From the NCBI GenBank assembly GCA_965220205.1, contig OZ244812.1, positions 2,089,678 to 2,153,677 of the forward strand: a stretch of DNA of 64,000 nucleotides. Reading direction: 5' to 3'. The stretch is from Dehalococcoidia bacterium (GTDB taxonomy: Bacteria > Chloroflexota > Dehalococcoidia > Lucifugimonadales > Australimonadaceae). The position numbers were made by a program, and so were the translations under genes. Shown here piece by piece: positions 1 to 8,727 of the stretch. Each line of letters begins with the position of its first letter. The stretch's first letter is position 1. The notes beneath the pieces are model-generated. The model was not told the origin of the DNA. It worked only from the letters and a program-made list of their open reading frames with translations, and ran no database searches.

Positions 1-410
1 CGAACGTGAAGAGCGCGTTCCTGTGCGCGAAGGCGGTCGTGCCCCTGATGCGGCAACAGGGGAAGGGCGTCATCATCAACACGGGCTCCTCCTCGGGCTT
101 CAACACGAGGCCGGACCGGACGGGCGACCTGTCGGCGTACGGCGCGGCAAAGGCGGCGTTGCACGCGCTCACCACACGCATGGCGCAGCAGTGGGGGCCC
201 GAGGTGCGGGTCGTGTGCATCGCGCCGGGGACGATAGACACGCCGCGTCCGGAGGGCACGGTGCGGCCCGAGATGGCGAACGCGGCCGACCGAATCCCGC
301 TGCGGCGGGTCGGGCAGGCCGACGACATCGGCGGCGTAGCGCTGTTCCTCGCGTCGGACGCCGCGTCGTTCGTCAACGGCATCACGCTCCTGGTGAACGG
401 CGGGGAGTAG
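1..410 (+). CDS. SDR-family oxidoreductase, C-terminal part (5' end outside window)
   Basis: ORF open to the window edge. YGAAKAAL (catalytic YxxxK), IAPGTIDTP and FLASDAASFVNG are typical short-chain dehydrogenase motifs. Confidence 0.8.
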   Translation, partial: NVKSAFLCAKAVVPLMRQQGKGVIINTGSSSGFNTRPDRTGDLSAYGAAKAALHALTTRMAQQWGPEVRVVCIAPGTIDTPRPEGTVRPEMANAADRIPLRRVGQADDIGGVALFLASDAASFVNGITLLVNGGE

Positions 411-417
411 GCCGGGC

Positions 418-1293
418 ATGGAGGGAGCGCGTCAAGGGCCTCCCGCCTCGGCCGCGCGCCGGCCGGGCCCCGGGTCGCGCCCGCGCAGCTTCAAGACCGA
501 GTGCGTCGTCCTGCGCAGCCGCGACATGCGCGAGGCCGACCGGCTCGTGACGCTCCTGACGCCGTCCATGGGCAAGCTCACCGTCACCGTACGGGGCGCG
601 CGAAAGACCGCCAGCCGGCTGGGAGGGCACCTCGACGTCCTGAACCGCGCCAACCTCACGCTTGCGCTCGGGCACCGCATCGATGTCGTGACGGGGGCCG
701 AATCGCTCGAAACGTTCGGCGGCGTCAAGGCGGACCTGGAGCGTCTCGCGCTGGGCCTCTACTTCATGGAGTTGGGGGACGCGCTGCTGCCCTTGGAGTC
801 GCCGCACCCCGCCGCCTACGCGGTGCTGCTCGGCGCGCTTCGCGCGCTCGAGGGCGGCGTGGCGTCCGAGGCAGTCCCGCGCTACGTCGAGCTGCGGCTG
901 CTTGACGACGCCGGCTACCTGCCCGAGCTGCGGCGCTGCCTCGAGTGCGGCAAGGCGGTCGAGCCGGGGGGCCACCGCTTCGCGCCAGGACTCGGGGGGG
1001 TCGTGTGCGACACATGCGTCGTCCACACCGGCCCGGTGATGCCGCTCTCGGTCTCGGCGCTCAAGGTGCTCAGGCACTACGCCGGGCATGGGTTCGAGGA
1101 CGCGGTCCGCGTCAGGCTCGATGGGGCGCTGGCGTACGAGCTCGAATCGGTGCTCGGCGCGGCGCTGCAACACGTGCTGGAGCGCGAGATGGAGACGGCC
1201 GGTTTCGTGGAGCACCTGCGGCGCCTGCGCCGCCGGGAGCGTACGGCAGGCCCGCTTGCATCGGTCCCGCCGTCAGTCCAGGAGGACGCATGA
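418..1293 (+). CDS. recO: DNA repair protein RecO
   Basis: N-terminal OB-fold signature ECVVLRSRDMREADRLVTLLTPSMGKL and a CLECG...CDTC zinc motif. Start codon uncertain. Confidence 0.8.
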   Translation: MEGARQGPPASAARRPGPGSRPRSFKTECVVLRSRDMREADRLVTLLTPSMGKLTVTVRGARKTASRLGGHLDVLNRANLTLALGHRIDVVTGAESLETFGGVKADLERLALGLYFMELGDALLPLESPHPAAYAVLLGALRALEGGVASEAVPRYVELRLLDDAGYLPELRRCLECGKAVEPGGHRFAPGLGGVVCDTCVVHTGPVMPLSVSALKVLRHYAGHGFEDAVRVRLDGALAYELESVLGAALQHVLEREMETAGFVEHLRRLRRRERTAGPLASVPPSVQEDA

Positions 1294-1311
1294 TGGGCAG
1301 CCGACCGCCGC

Positions 1312-1734
1312 TCACGTGATGACGATCGGCTCTTCGGCGACCTGGCCGTCAACGATGCGGAACACGCGCGTCGCGGGCTCGCCGCGCACGAGCGCGCCGG
1401 CCTGGTCGAACTCGCGCAACGAGACGAGCAGGTAGTGCGGATCGGGCCAGTTCTCAGCAAGCCGCACATCGGTGTTGGATGGGTAGGCTGGGCTGTGCGT
1501 GTGCGAGTGATAGATCACCTGCATCTCCCATCCGTTGTCGTCTATCTCTCGGGTAGCAAGAAGGAGCTCCTTGCCGTCCATGTTGTAGCGGTAGGGGCTG
1601 CTCTCTGTGTTCGTCATCCGGTAGTGCTTGAGGACTTGACCGTCCTTGCCCGCTAGGAGGCCGCAACATTCGTTGGGGTCCTCCTCGATCGCGTGCTGGA
1701 CCATCGCATCGGCGAACTCTCTCGGAATCTCCAC
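1312..1734 (-). CDS. JAMM/MPN+ family metalloprotease (Mov34)
   Basis: EECCGLL plus HSHTHSPAYPSNTD (HxHx7Sx2D JAMM motif), 140 aa. Confidence 0.85.
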   Translation of the reverse strand: MEIPREFADAMVQHAIEEDPNECCGLLAGKDGQVLKHYRMTNTESSPYRYNMDGKELLLATREIDDNGWEMQVIYHSHTHSPAYPSNTDVRLAENWPDPHYLLVSLREFDQAGALVRGEPATRVFRIVDGQVAEEPIVIT

Positions 1735-1860
1735 GGCGTCTCCTGAGGCGCGAAGCTGGGATGCGAGTATAGCCGGTCGCCGGCCCAGCTCAGAAGGAGG
1801 GCGGAGCGAGCGCGGGAGCCCGGCCCGCTATAATCCGGCTCGCGGCAGAGGAGGACTCCC

Positions 1861-2133
1861 ATGGAGTACGGCATCACGGTGAAGCAGGACACGGGCGGCA
1901 CGCGGGTCGAGCTGCGGTCGCGCAATCAGGCGGGCGTCCTCTATGCCGTGCCGTCGGAGGGGAGCTGGGTGGCGACGGCCGACCAGCTGCACGCGCACGC
2001 GATCGCGGGGTTCTTCAGCGAACTGACCGGCCTGGGGGACGCGCGAGTGATGGGCCTGATGCAGAAGTGGGGGCTCTACTTCCGTCCGCTGGCGCTCGAA
2101 GACGGCGCGGAGGAAGAGTCGACCAACGCGTAG
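1861..2133 (+). CDS. hypothetical protein (90 aa)
   Basis: ATG preceded by GAGGAGGA. Non-repetitive composition; no recognisable motif. Confidence 0.45.
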   Translation: MEYGITVKQDTGGTRVELRSRNQAGVLYAVPSEGSWVATADQLHAHAIAGFFSELTGLGDARVMGLMQKWGLYFRPLALEDGAEEESTNA

Positions 2134-2155
2134 GAGGGCGCAGCGCCGCGAGCCG

Positions 2156-4039
2156 TTACGCGGACTGGGGGACGACGGCGTCGTCGAGGGGAGGTGCGGC
2201 CGACTCGAACAGCTTGGCGAGGTCTTCGCCCTCGACGGTCTCGTTGAGCATCAGGTAGCGCGCGATCTGGACCAGCTTGTCGTAGTGCTCGACGATGACG
2301 TGCTTACAGTGTGAGTAGGCCTCGAGGATGATGTTCTGCACCTCGTCGTCGATCTCCTGGGCCACCTTCTCGCTGTAGTCGCGCTGCTCGGCGATCTCCC
2401 GGCCTAGGAAGATCATGTCCTCCCGCTTGCCGAACGTCCGTGGGAGCAGCTTGTCGCTCATGCCGTAGCGGGTGACCATAGCGCGCGCCAAGCCGGTGAC
2501 CTGCTCGAGGTCGTTGCTGGCGCCCGTCGTGACCTCGCCGAAGGTGACTTCCTCAGCGACCCGACCGCCTAGGGCCATCGCAATCCGGTCCATCAGTTGA
2601 GGCCGCGAGTAGAACATGCGGTCCTCTTCGGGGAGGGACTTGGTGTAGCCGGCGGCCATGCCACGGGAGACGATCGAGATCTTCGCGACAGGGTCGGCGT
2701 GCTCGAGGATGTGTCCTACGAGCGCGTGGCCGCCCTCGTGGTAGGCGACGATCTCCTTCTCGTGCTGACTGATGACGCGCGAGCGGCGTTCGGGGCCCAT
2801 CGTCACGCGGTCGACCGACTCGTGCAGCTCGGCGGTCGTGACCTCGGTCTTTCCGCGCCGGGCCGCGAGGATGGCGGCCTCGTTGACGAGGTTCGAGAGG
2901 TCCGCGCCGCTGAACCCTGGCGTCTGACGGGCGATGTACTCGAGCTTGACGTCGTCGGAGAGCGGCTTGCCCTTGCTGTGCACCTCGAGGATCGCGACAC
3001 GACCGTTGATGTCGGGCAGGTCGAGCATGACCCGCCGGTCGAAGCGGCCGGGCCTCAGCAGGGCGGGGTCGAGGATGTCGGGCCGATTCGTGGCGGCGAT
3101 GACGATCACGTTGGTCGATGTATCGAACCCGTCCATCTCCACCAGGATCTGGTTCAGCGTCTGCTCCCGCTCGTCGTGACCTCCGCCCAAGCCGGCGCCA
3201 CGGTGCCGCCCGACCGCGTCGATCTCGTCGACGAACACGATGGCCGGGGAGTTGCGTTTCGCCTGGTCGAACAGGTCGCGGACGCGCGAGGCTCCGACGC
3301 CGACGAACATCTCGACGAACTCGGAGCCGCTGATGGAGAAGAACGGCACGCCTGCTTCGCCGGCGACGGCGCGGCTCAGCAGCGTCTTGCCGGTGCCTGG
3401 CGGGCCGACCATCAACACGCCCTTGGGGATGTGCGCGCCCAGGGAAAGGAACCGCTCGGGGTACTTGAGGAACTCGACGACCTCTTGCAGTTCCGTCTTC
3501 GATTCCTCGACGCCGGCCACATCGGAGAAGGTGACGGTGGGCCGGTTGCCTGAGAACATGCGCGCGCGGCTGCGGCCAAACCCCAGGGTCTGATTGTTGC
3601 TGCCCTGCGCCTGCCGCATCATAAACAGCAGAATCGCTCCGAAGAAGAGCAGCGGCAGGAACTGGATAAGGACGCCGAAGATGGACCCGAAGCTGCCCGA
3701 GCGCTTCACTTCGATCTGGATGCTCTTCTCCGTCGGGTTGATGTTGGCGGTCTGGAGGATCTCGAACACGCTCGTGCCCGGCTCCTTTTCGGTCATGAGC
3801 AATTGGTTCGGGGTCTGGCGCGGCGTCACGATCAGCCGGTCGCCGTCGACGACGATCTTCTCAATCTCCTCGTTGTTTGCCATGTCGAGGATGGTGGTGA
3901 GGCCAATGCGCTCGGCGCTGTTTCCGGACGAGAACAGCGTGAAGAAAATGGCTATGACAGCCACGAAGATAATCAGGTAGATGAACGCGTTACCGACCCA
4001 TCGTTTGCCCATGGCTCTATTCCCTGGCGCCCGCGCCAA
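2156..4039 (-). CDS. ftsH: ATP-dependent zinc metalloprotease FtsH
   Basis: N-terminal TM helices, Walker A GPPGTGKT, Walker B IVFVDEID, zinc site HEGGHAL, 627 aa. Confidence 0.97.
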   Translation of the reverse strand: MARAPGNRAMGKRWVGNAFIYLIIFVAVIAIFFTLFSSGNSAERIGLTTILDMANNEEIEKIVVDGDRLIVTPRQTPNQLLMTEKEPGTSVFEILQTANINPTEKSIQIEVKRSGSFGSIFGVLIQFLPLLFFGAILLFMMRQAQGSNNQTLGFGRSRARMFSGNRPTVTFSDVAGVEESKTELQEVVEFLKYPERFLSLGAHIPKGVLMVGPPGTGKTLLSRAVAGEAGVPFFSISGSEFVEMFVGVGASRVRDLFDQAKRNSPAIVFVDEIDAVGRHRGAGLGGGHDEREQTLNQILVEMDGFDTSTNVIVIAATNRPDILDPALLRPGRFDRRVMLDLPDINGRVAILEVHSKGKPLSDDVKLEYIARQTPGFSGADLSNLVNEAAILAARRGKTEVTTAELHESVDRVTMGPERRSRVISQHEKEIVAYHEGGHALVGHILEHADPVAKISIVSRGMAAGYTKSLPEEDRMFYSRPQLMDRIAMALGGRVAEEVTFGEVTTGASNDLEQVTGLARAMVTRYGMSDKLLPRTFGKREDMIFLGREIAEQRDYSEKVAQEIDDEVQNIILEAYSHCKHVIVEHYDKLVQIARYLMLNETVEGEDLAKLFESAAPPLDDAVVPQSA

Positions 4040-4236
4040 CGGGGGAACGTCGCCGATAAGCTTACCCTACCCTGCGTGTGGGAAGCAAAGCGGGCCCCAC
4101 GGGCGGCGTCATCGTGCTCACGGCAATCGTCTTGCTCCTCTCCGTGCAAGGGTATACGGTCTGGCTGAGCGCTGGCGCGCCCAGCGCTGACGATGATGAC
4201 CGCCGTCCGAACAGTCAACGGCGAGGAGGCCGCGCG

Positions 4237-5193
4237 ATGCCCGAGGGGATCATTGGCGTGACGGCGATGAGCGGGGACGCCGCCGGGGCGCTCGCTACGA
4301 TTCAGGACCTCGACCGGCGGGGAGTCCCCGCCGCGTGGCTGACCAGCGGGGGCGGGGGCGGCGATAGCCTCACGCTGTTCGCGGCTGCCGCGGCCACTAC
4401 CGAACGGGTCCTGCTCGGCAGTTGCATCGTGACCACATGGCCGCGTCATCCGGTCATCGTGGCCCAGCAGGCGCAAGTCATCGCCAACCTATCGGGCGGA
4501 CGGTTCCGGTTGGGCGTCGGTCCCGGTCACGCACAGGGGATGAGCAACACGTACGGGGCGGACTACCGCACGCCCCTGACGAACCTGCGCGAGTACATCA
4601 CCATCGCCAAAACGCTGCTGACTACAGGCGCGGTGGAGTTCGAGGGGTCGATGTACAGGGCGAACGCCAAGATTGCCGCGCCGTCGCAGGGCGTGCCCGT
4701 GATGGCTTCGGCGTTGCGGCCGCGCTCGTTCGAGCTGTGCGGGGAAGTGGCCGACGGCGCCATCAGTTGGGTGTGCCCCGGCGTGTATCTGCGGGACACC
4801 GCCCTCCCGGCGATGCAGCGCGGCGCGGCAAAGGCAGGCCGTCCGGCGCCGCCGTTGATCGCCCACACCCCTGTGTGCGTCCACGAAGACGGGGAAGAGG
4901 TCCTCGCCGCCGTACGGGAGCAGCTCTCGAACTACCCGCGTTCGCCGTTCTATCAGCTCATGTTCGCCGAGTCCGGTTTCCCGGAGGCGGCCGAGCTCGG
5001 GACGTGGAGCGCGGAGATGCTCGACGCCGTGGCGATCTGGGGCAACGAGGAGCAGGTGGCCGCGCGCATCGCGGAGCGGTTCGACTGGGGCATGGGGGAG
5101 CTGATCGCGCACGTCGTCGCGGCCGGGAGCGACCGGGACGGCTCGCGGGAGCGGTCGCTGCGACTGCTGGCGTCGCTCGCCGCTGCGCGTTGA
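4237..5193 (+). CDS. LLM-class (luciferase-like) F420-dependent oxidoreductase
   Basis: Luciferase-like monooxygenase fold sequence (FRLGVGPGH..., ANLSGGR). Start moved to the ATG at 4237 behind GAGGAGG; the upstream part of ORF 4078.. looks non-coding. Confidence 0.75.
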   Translation: MPEGIIGVTAMSGDAAGALATIQDLDRRGVPAAWLTSGGGGGDSLTLFAAAAATTERVLLGSCIVTTWPRHPVIVAQQAQVIANLSGGRFRLGVGPGHAQGMSNTYGADYRTPLTNLREYITIAKTLLTTGAVEFEGSMYRANAKIAAPSQGVPVMASALRPRSFELCGEVADGAISWVCPGVYLRDTALPAMQRGAAKAGRPAPPLIAHTPVCVHEDGEEVLAAVREQLSNYPRSPFYQLMFAESGFPEAAELGTWSAEMLDAVAIWGNEEQVAARIAERFDWGMGELIAHVVAAGSDRDGSRERSLRLLASLAAAR

Positions 5194-5268
5194 ATCCGGC
5201 CTCGCTCACACATATCATCGGTTAGCTGCGGGCGGCTACTCTCAGGCCCGCGGCACGAGGAGGAAACC

Positions 5269-5514
5269 ATGGCTACCACGCGAGCGTTCGTCTTGATGGA
5301 GACGGCGGTCGGCAAGACAAAGGACGTTGTAGAGGAACTGCGCAGCGTCGAGGCGGTGGCGTCGGTCGATGTGGTCACCGGGCCCTACGACATCATCGCG
5401 ATCATTGAAGCTCCCGACCTGAGCTCTGTCGGCGAGACGGTCACGGGCAGCGTTCACACGATAAGCGGCATCGTGCGGACGGTCACCTGCCTGGCGGTGG
5501 GCGGCAAAGCCTAG
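5269..5514 (+). CDS. Lrp/AsnC ligand-binding-domain protein (stand-alone RAM domain)
   Basis: 81 aa; AFVLMETAVGK...VDVVTGPYDIIAIIEA pattern of the AsnC-type domain. RBS GAGGAGGA. Confidence 0.7.
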   Translation: MATTRAFVLMETAVGKTKDVVEELRSVEAVASVDVVTGPYDIIAIIEAPDLSSVGETVTGSVHTISGIVRTVTCLAVGGKA

Positions 5515-5559
5515 GGCCGCGCGGCGGGAACCGTCTCCGGCCCAACACGAGGACACACG

Positions 5560-5907
5560 GTGAGCGACCAGGACTGCGTTTTCTGCAAGATAGGCCGTGG
5601 CGAGATACCGTCCGAGAAGCTGTTCGACGACGGCGTCGTGTTCGCGATTCGCGACATCAAACCCAAGGCCCCGGTCCACCTGCTGGTTATTCCGTACGCG
5701 CACGTCGAAGCGCTGACCGCCGCAAGCGAGGAGCAGATCGAGGCGGCGAGCCACTGCCTCTCCGTCGCGCCGGCGGTGGCAAGCAGCGCCGGCGGGCGCC
5801 TCGAGGGATATCGTCTGGTCGTGAATCAGGGCCCGCACTCGGGACAAGAGGTCCCGCACTTCCACTTGCACATCCTCGGCGGCCGGCCGATGGGGAGTAT
5901 GGCGTAG
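5560..5907 (+). CDS. HIT-family (histidine triad) protein
   Basis: CVFCKI... and HFHLHILGG triad motif. Confidence 0.9.
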   Translation: MSDQDCVFCKIGRGEIPSEKLFDDGVVFAIRDIKPKAPVHLLVIPYAHVEALTAASEEQIEAASHCLSVAPAVASSAGGRLEGYRLVVNQGPHSGQEVPHFHLHILGGRPMGSMA

Positions 5908-5914
5908 GCCGCCG

Positions 5915-6499
5915 GTGACGACACTGGCGCTCCCTTCGATGCTGCAAGCCCGGTTGGACGGACTGCCGGCAGGGCTCCAAGCGCACATCGAACGCGTGCG
6001 GGGCATCGCGCGGGAGCTTGCGGCGGCGCACGGCGTCGACCAGGACCTCGCCGAGCTGACGGCGGCAGCCCACGATGTGGCGCGTCACCTGCCCGGCGCA
6101 GCGCTCATCGAGGAGGCGGAACGGCTGGGCATCGCGGCCAACGCGGTGGAGCGCAGCGCGCCGATTCTGCTGCACGGGCCCGTGGGCGCTGCCTGGCTCG
6201 CCCGAGAGCGGTCGATCACCGATCCCGGCGTGCTCGAAGGCGTGCGATGGCACACCACCGCCCACCCCAGCCTCGCGCCATTGGGGCAGGTCGTGTTCAT
6301 CGCGGACAAGCTCGACCCCGCCAAGGCGAAGAGCTACCCATTCCAGGGGGAGGTGCGGGAGGCGTCGTGGCGCAGCCTGCACGACGGCATGCTGGCCTTT
6401 CTCGACGGCACGCTGCGGGCGCACCTCGACCGCGGCGGCTTGGTCCACCCCCTATGCACGGATACGCGCAACGCGCTCCTGCTGGGCGCCGCCTGCTGA
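5915..6499 (+). CDS. HD-domain phosphohydrolase, YqeK-like
   Basis: AAHDVARH (HD), WHTTAHP and IADKLDP motifs, 194 aa. Confidence 0.7.
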   Translation: MTTLALPSMLQARLDGLPAGLQAHIERVRGIARELAAAHGVDQDLAELTAAAHDVARHLPGAALIEEAERLGIAANAVERSAPILLHGPVGAAWLARERSITDPGVLEGVRWHTTAHPSLAPLGQVVFIADKLDPAKAKSYPFQGEVREASWRSLHDGMLAFLDGTLRAHLDRGGLVHPLCTDTRNALLLGAAC

Positions 6500-6511
6500 G
6501 ACAGCAGGAAA

Positions 6512-6592
6512 TCAGCACAAATGTTCGTGAGACGGGCTTGACAGTGTAGAACGCGCGTTCTAGTATGCCCGCAACACGAACATTTGTGCTGA
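6512..6592 (+). promoter_or_regulatory. sigma-70-type promoter with embedded GAAC-N4-GTTC (LexA/SOS-type) operator, bracketed by an 18-bp perfect inverted repeat
   Basis: TTGACA 6538-6543, 17-bp spacer, TAGTAT 6561-6566. Palindrome TAGAACGCGCGTTCTA 6547-6562. Inverted-repeat arms TCAGCACAAATGTTCGTG 6512-6529 and CACGAACATTTGTGCTGA 6575-6592. Confidence 0.7.
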
Positions 6593-6596
6593 TGCA

Positions 6597-7964
6597 ATGC
6601 ATAACCTCACGGCATACCAATCGGAGATCGCTCGCGCTGTCGTAGACAGCGTGCTGCACGAACGCGGACTGACCTTCACGGTCGAGATCGCCCGTGGCGG
6701 CGGCGTCCGGGAGTTGTCGTCGCAGCTCGCGCTCCTGTTGCTCAGTCTCCACGTCAACGATGGGGTGCGTCTCCTCAAGATCGGTCCCGCCGCCCGCCCG
6801 CTCAACAAGGAGCGTCTCGTCTCCCATCTGTCGAAGGGGGCGCTCTCCGGACTCTGGTCCGTGGCGGGCCGCAGCGTTACGCTGGGCCGTTCGACGCTCC
6901 AGACTCTCACGACGGACGAGCTGGGCCCCACCGTCGTTGAGCACAGCGCCAGCGCGGCAGTGCTCATCGAAGTCGTCGACGCCGAACTTATCGGGCCCGC
7001 AGTCTATGATCGCTGGATCGACCCGGTTATCGAGGCCTCGGGCGCGACGACGGTCCTCTACGGCAGGCCGCTCAACGGCGAGACCCGGTTCGAATGCCTC
7101 AAGCAGCGCAACCGCGAGCAGGAGGCGGCCGACCACGTCCGGCGTCACTTCCGCGCGCCATGGCAGGACGTTGCGGACGCGTTGCCGGCGTACGCGGCGA
7201 AGGTCGACGACGCTCGCGCCCGCCTCGGCGAAGAGCACCCCGAGTTCCAGGCGGCCTACTGCCTCAGGCCCGCGTCCGCGTGGGGCCCTCTGCTGAGCGA
7301 GGCGCAGCGCAGGCGCCTCCAGGACGGGCCGCCGCGAGCAAACGTCCCAGGCGGCGGCGAGCATGTGGCGTCGGTCGTCGTGACGCGCGCAGCGGACGCC
7401 GGCGCAACCGAGGCGCCCGCTCTGCTCGCGAGCCCCGGCGCGACGGCGGTGGTCACGGTCGCGCGCCGCCGCGAACGCGACGCGGGTCTCGACGTCGTCG
7501 CGCACCGCTGGGCGCAGGGGGTGGACGCCCCGGCCCTGGCCAAGCGGGTGGGCAAGCTCCTCTCCGACACGTGGCGCTGCAACCGCGTTGTGGTTCTGGA
7601 CCGGGCGGGGGCGGGCGCCGGGGCTACGCGCCGCCGCCATCTGCTGCAGTCCGCCCTTGGCCGAATCCCCATGCAGTGGGCGGCGGACGACGACAGGACG
7701 GAGTCCCGCATGGCCTCCGACCTGCTCGCCGCGGTCAATACCCGCCGCCTCAGCCTCTATCCGGCCGACTGTTCGCCCGAGTCCCGGGCCATCGGCCACG
7801 AGCTCCGCACAGCCGTTGCGGTCCGCGCCGGCGATGGCCGCACGCACGTCGTCGTCCCGTCGGGGGACGAAGGGTTCCTCCGTGGCGTCCTGCTCCTTTC
7901 GGGCTTTGCAGGCCCGGCCGGACAGGCAACCGCGGACGAGCCGGAGACAGCACTCGCGTCGTAG
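6597..7964 (+). CDS. hypothetical protein, terminase-large-subunit-like architecture (by-eye similarity only)
   Basis: 455 aa. N-terminal LTAYQSEIARAV..., degenerate P-loop position ARGGGVRE, Walker-B-like VLIEVVDAE, C-terminal RVVVLDRAGAGAG and VVPSGDEGFLRGVLLL resembling the TerL nuclease-domain layout. Sits directly behind the SOS-type promoter. Confidence 0.55.
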   Translation: MHNLTAYQSEIARAVVDSVLHERGLTFTVEIARGGGVRELSSQLALLLLSLHVNDGVRLLKIGPAARPLNKERLVSHLSKGALSGLWSVAGRSVTLGRSTLQTLTTDELGPTVVEHSASAAVLIEVVDAELIGPAVYDRWIDPVIEASGATTVLYGRPLNGETRFECLKQRNREQEAADHVRRHFRAPWQDVADALPAYAAKVDDARARLGEEHPEFQAAYCLRPASAWGPLLSEAQRRRLQDGPPRANVPGGGEHVASVVVTRAADAGATEAPALLASPGATAVVTVARRRERDAGLDVVAHRWAQGVDAPALAKRVGKLLSDTWRCNRVVVLDRAGAGAGATRRRHLLQSALGRIPMQWAADDDRTESRMASDLLAAVNTRRLSLYPADCSPESRAIGHELRTAVAVRAGDGRTHVVVPSGDEGFLRGVLLLSGFAGPAGQATADEPETALAS

Positions 7965-8066
7965 TTCGCAAGGGTTACGTTCGAGTCGGAAGTCGAAAAC
8001 GACAGGTTAGATGTTGAGATGAATGGATTGCCGACCACTAAGAGAGACAAGAGGAGGGAGACTGCT

Positions 8067-8381
8067 ATGGCCAACGACACCAGGTCCCACCGGCGCCGTC
8101 GCCAACCCACGTTGGACGGCTTACCCGAGCAGACGCACTATGCAGACACCGGCTGCGAGGTGGCTATCTCCTGCTTGGGCTGCCCGCTTCCGCAGTGCAA
8201 GTTCGACGACATCGCCTGGTACCGCGACTACATGATGCGGAACCGGGACGAGCTGATGCTGGCGGAGTATCACGAGCAGAGGCTGAGCGTCTTCACCGTC
8301 GCGCAGCGCTTCAACGTGAGCCCGCGCACGGTGCATCGCGCACTCCGCCGGGCTCAGACGCCCGTGGCGGTCGCCGGGTAG
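8067..8381 (+). CDS. Cys-cluster plus helix-turn-helix DNA-binding protein
   Basis: RBS GGAGGGAG before the ATG at 8067. CEVAISCLGCPLPQC cysteine cluster, then TVAQRFNVSPRTVHRALRRA HTH. Confidence 0.6.
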   Translation: MANDTRSHRRRRQPTLDGLPEQTHYADTGCEVAISCLGCPLPQCKFDDIAWYRDYMMRNRDELMLAEYHEQRLSVFTVAQRFNVSPRTVHRALRRAQTPVAVAG

Positions 8382-8429
8382 GCCTCTTCAGCGCCAGCCC
8401 GCGAGTGCTCGTTTCCCCGACTTCGAGAG

Positions 8430-8466
8430 GGCCGCCCTGCCGCCCGTGGCAGGGCGGCCTCTTTGT
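8430..8466 (+). terminator. intrinsic terminator
   Basis: GGCCGCCCTGCC (8430-8441), loop GCCCGT, GGCAGGGCGGCC (8448-8459), followed by TCTTTGT. Confidence 0.7.
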
Positions 8467-8494
8467 GCGAGCTTGGCCGCGAGGAGAGCTGGTC

Positions 8495-8571
8495 TGGTCG
8501 GGGTGATTGGATTCGAACCAACGGCCCCTTGCACCCCATGCAAGTGCGCTTCCGGACTGCGCCACACCCCG
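8495..8571 (-). tRNA. tRNA-Pro (anticodon GGG), CCA encoded
   Basis: Reverse complement reads CGGGGTGTGGCGCAGTCCGGAAGCGCACTTGCATGGGGTGCAAGGGGCCGTTGGTTCGAATCCAATCACCCCGACCA. Acceptor CGGGGTG/CACCCCG, T-arm GGTTCGAATCC, anticodon loop AUGGGGU. Confidence 0.92.
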
Positions 8572-8727
8572 ACCGGGAGTCCACTGTAGCATAGGCTCCC
8601 AGGCCCGTTCAATTTTGGCGACGAGTCCGGCGGAGGGGGCCGCCGCCTGATAGGGACGGCTCGCGATGGTATGATGACGAAGGACGGTCGGACGCCGTTC
8701 ACCCCACCTCAGCAGCGGGAGACACGC

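Noticed and set aside
4078-4236. Signal-peptide-like N-terminal extension of the LLM oxidoreductase
   Set aside because: LLM enzymes are cytoplasmic. A strong RBS (GAGGAGG) precedes the internal ATG at 4237, and the extension includes a low-complexity DDDDRRP linker.
6297-7847. 516-aa ORF antisense to the 6597..7964 gene
   Set aside because: Arg/Ala/Gly/Pro-rich low-complexity translation typical of the antisense frame of high-GC genes. No RBS or motif.
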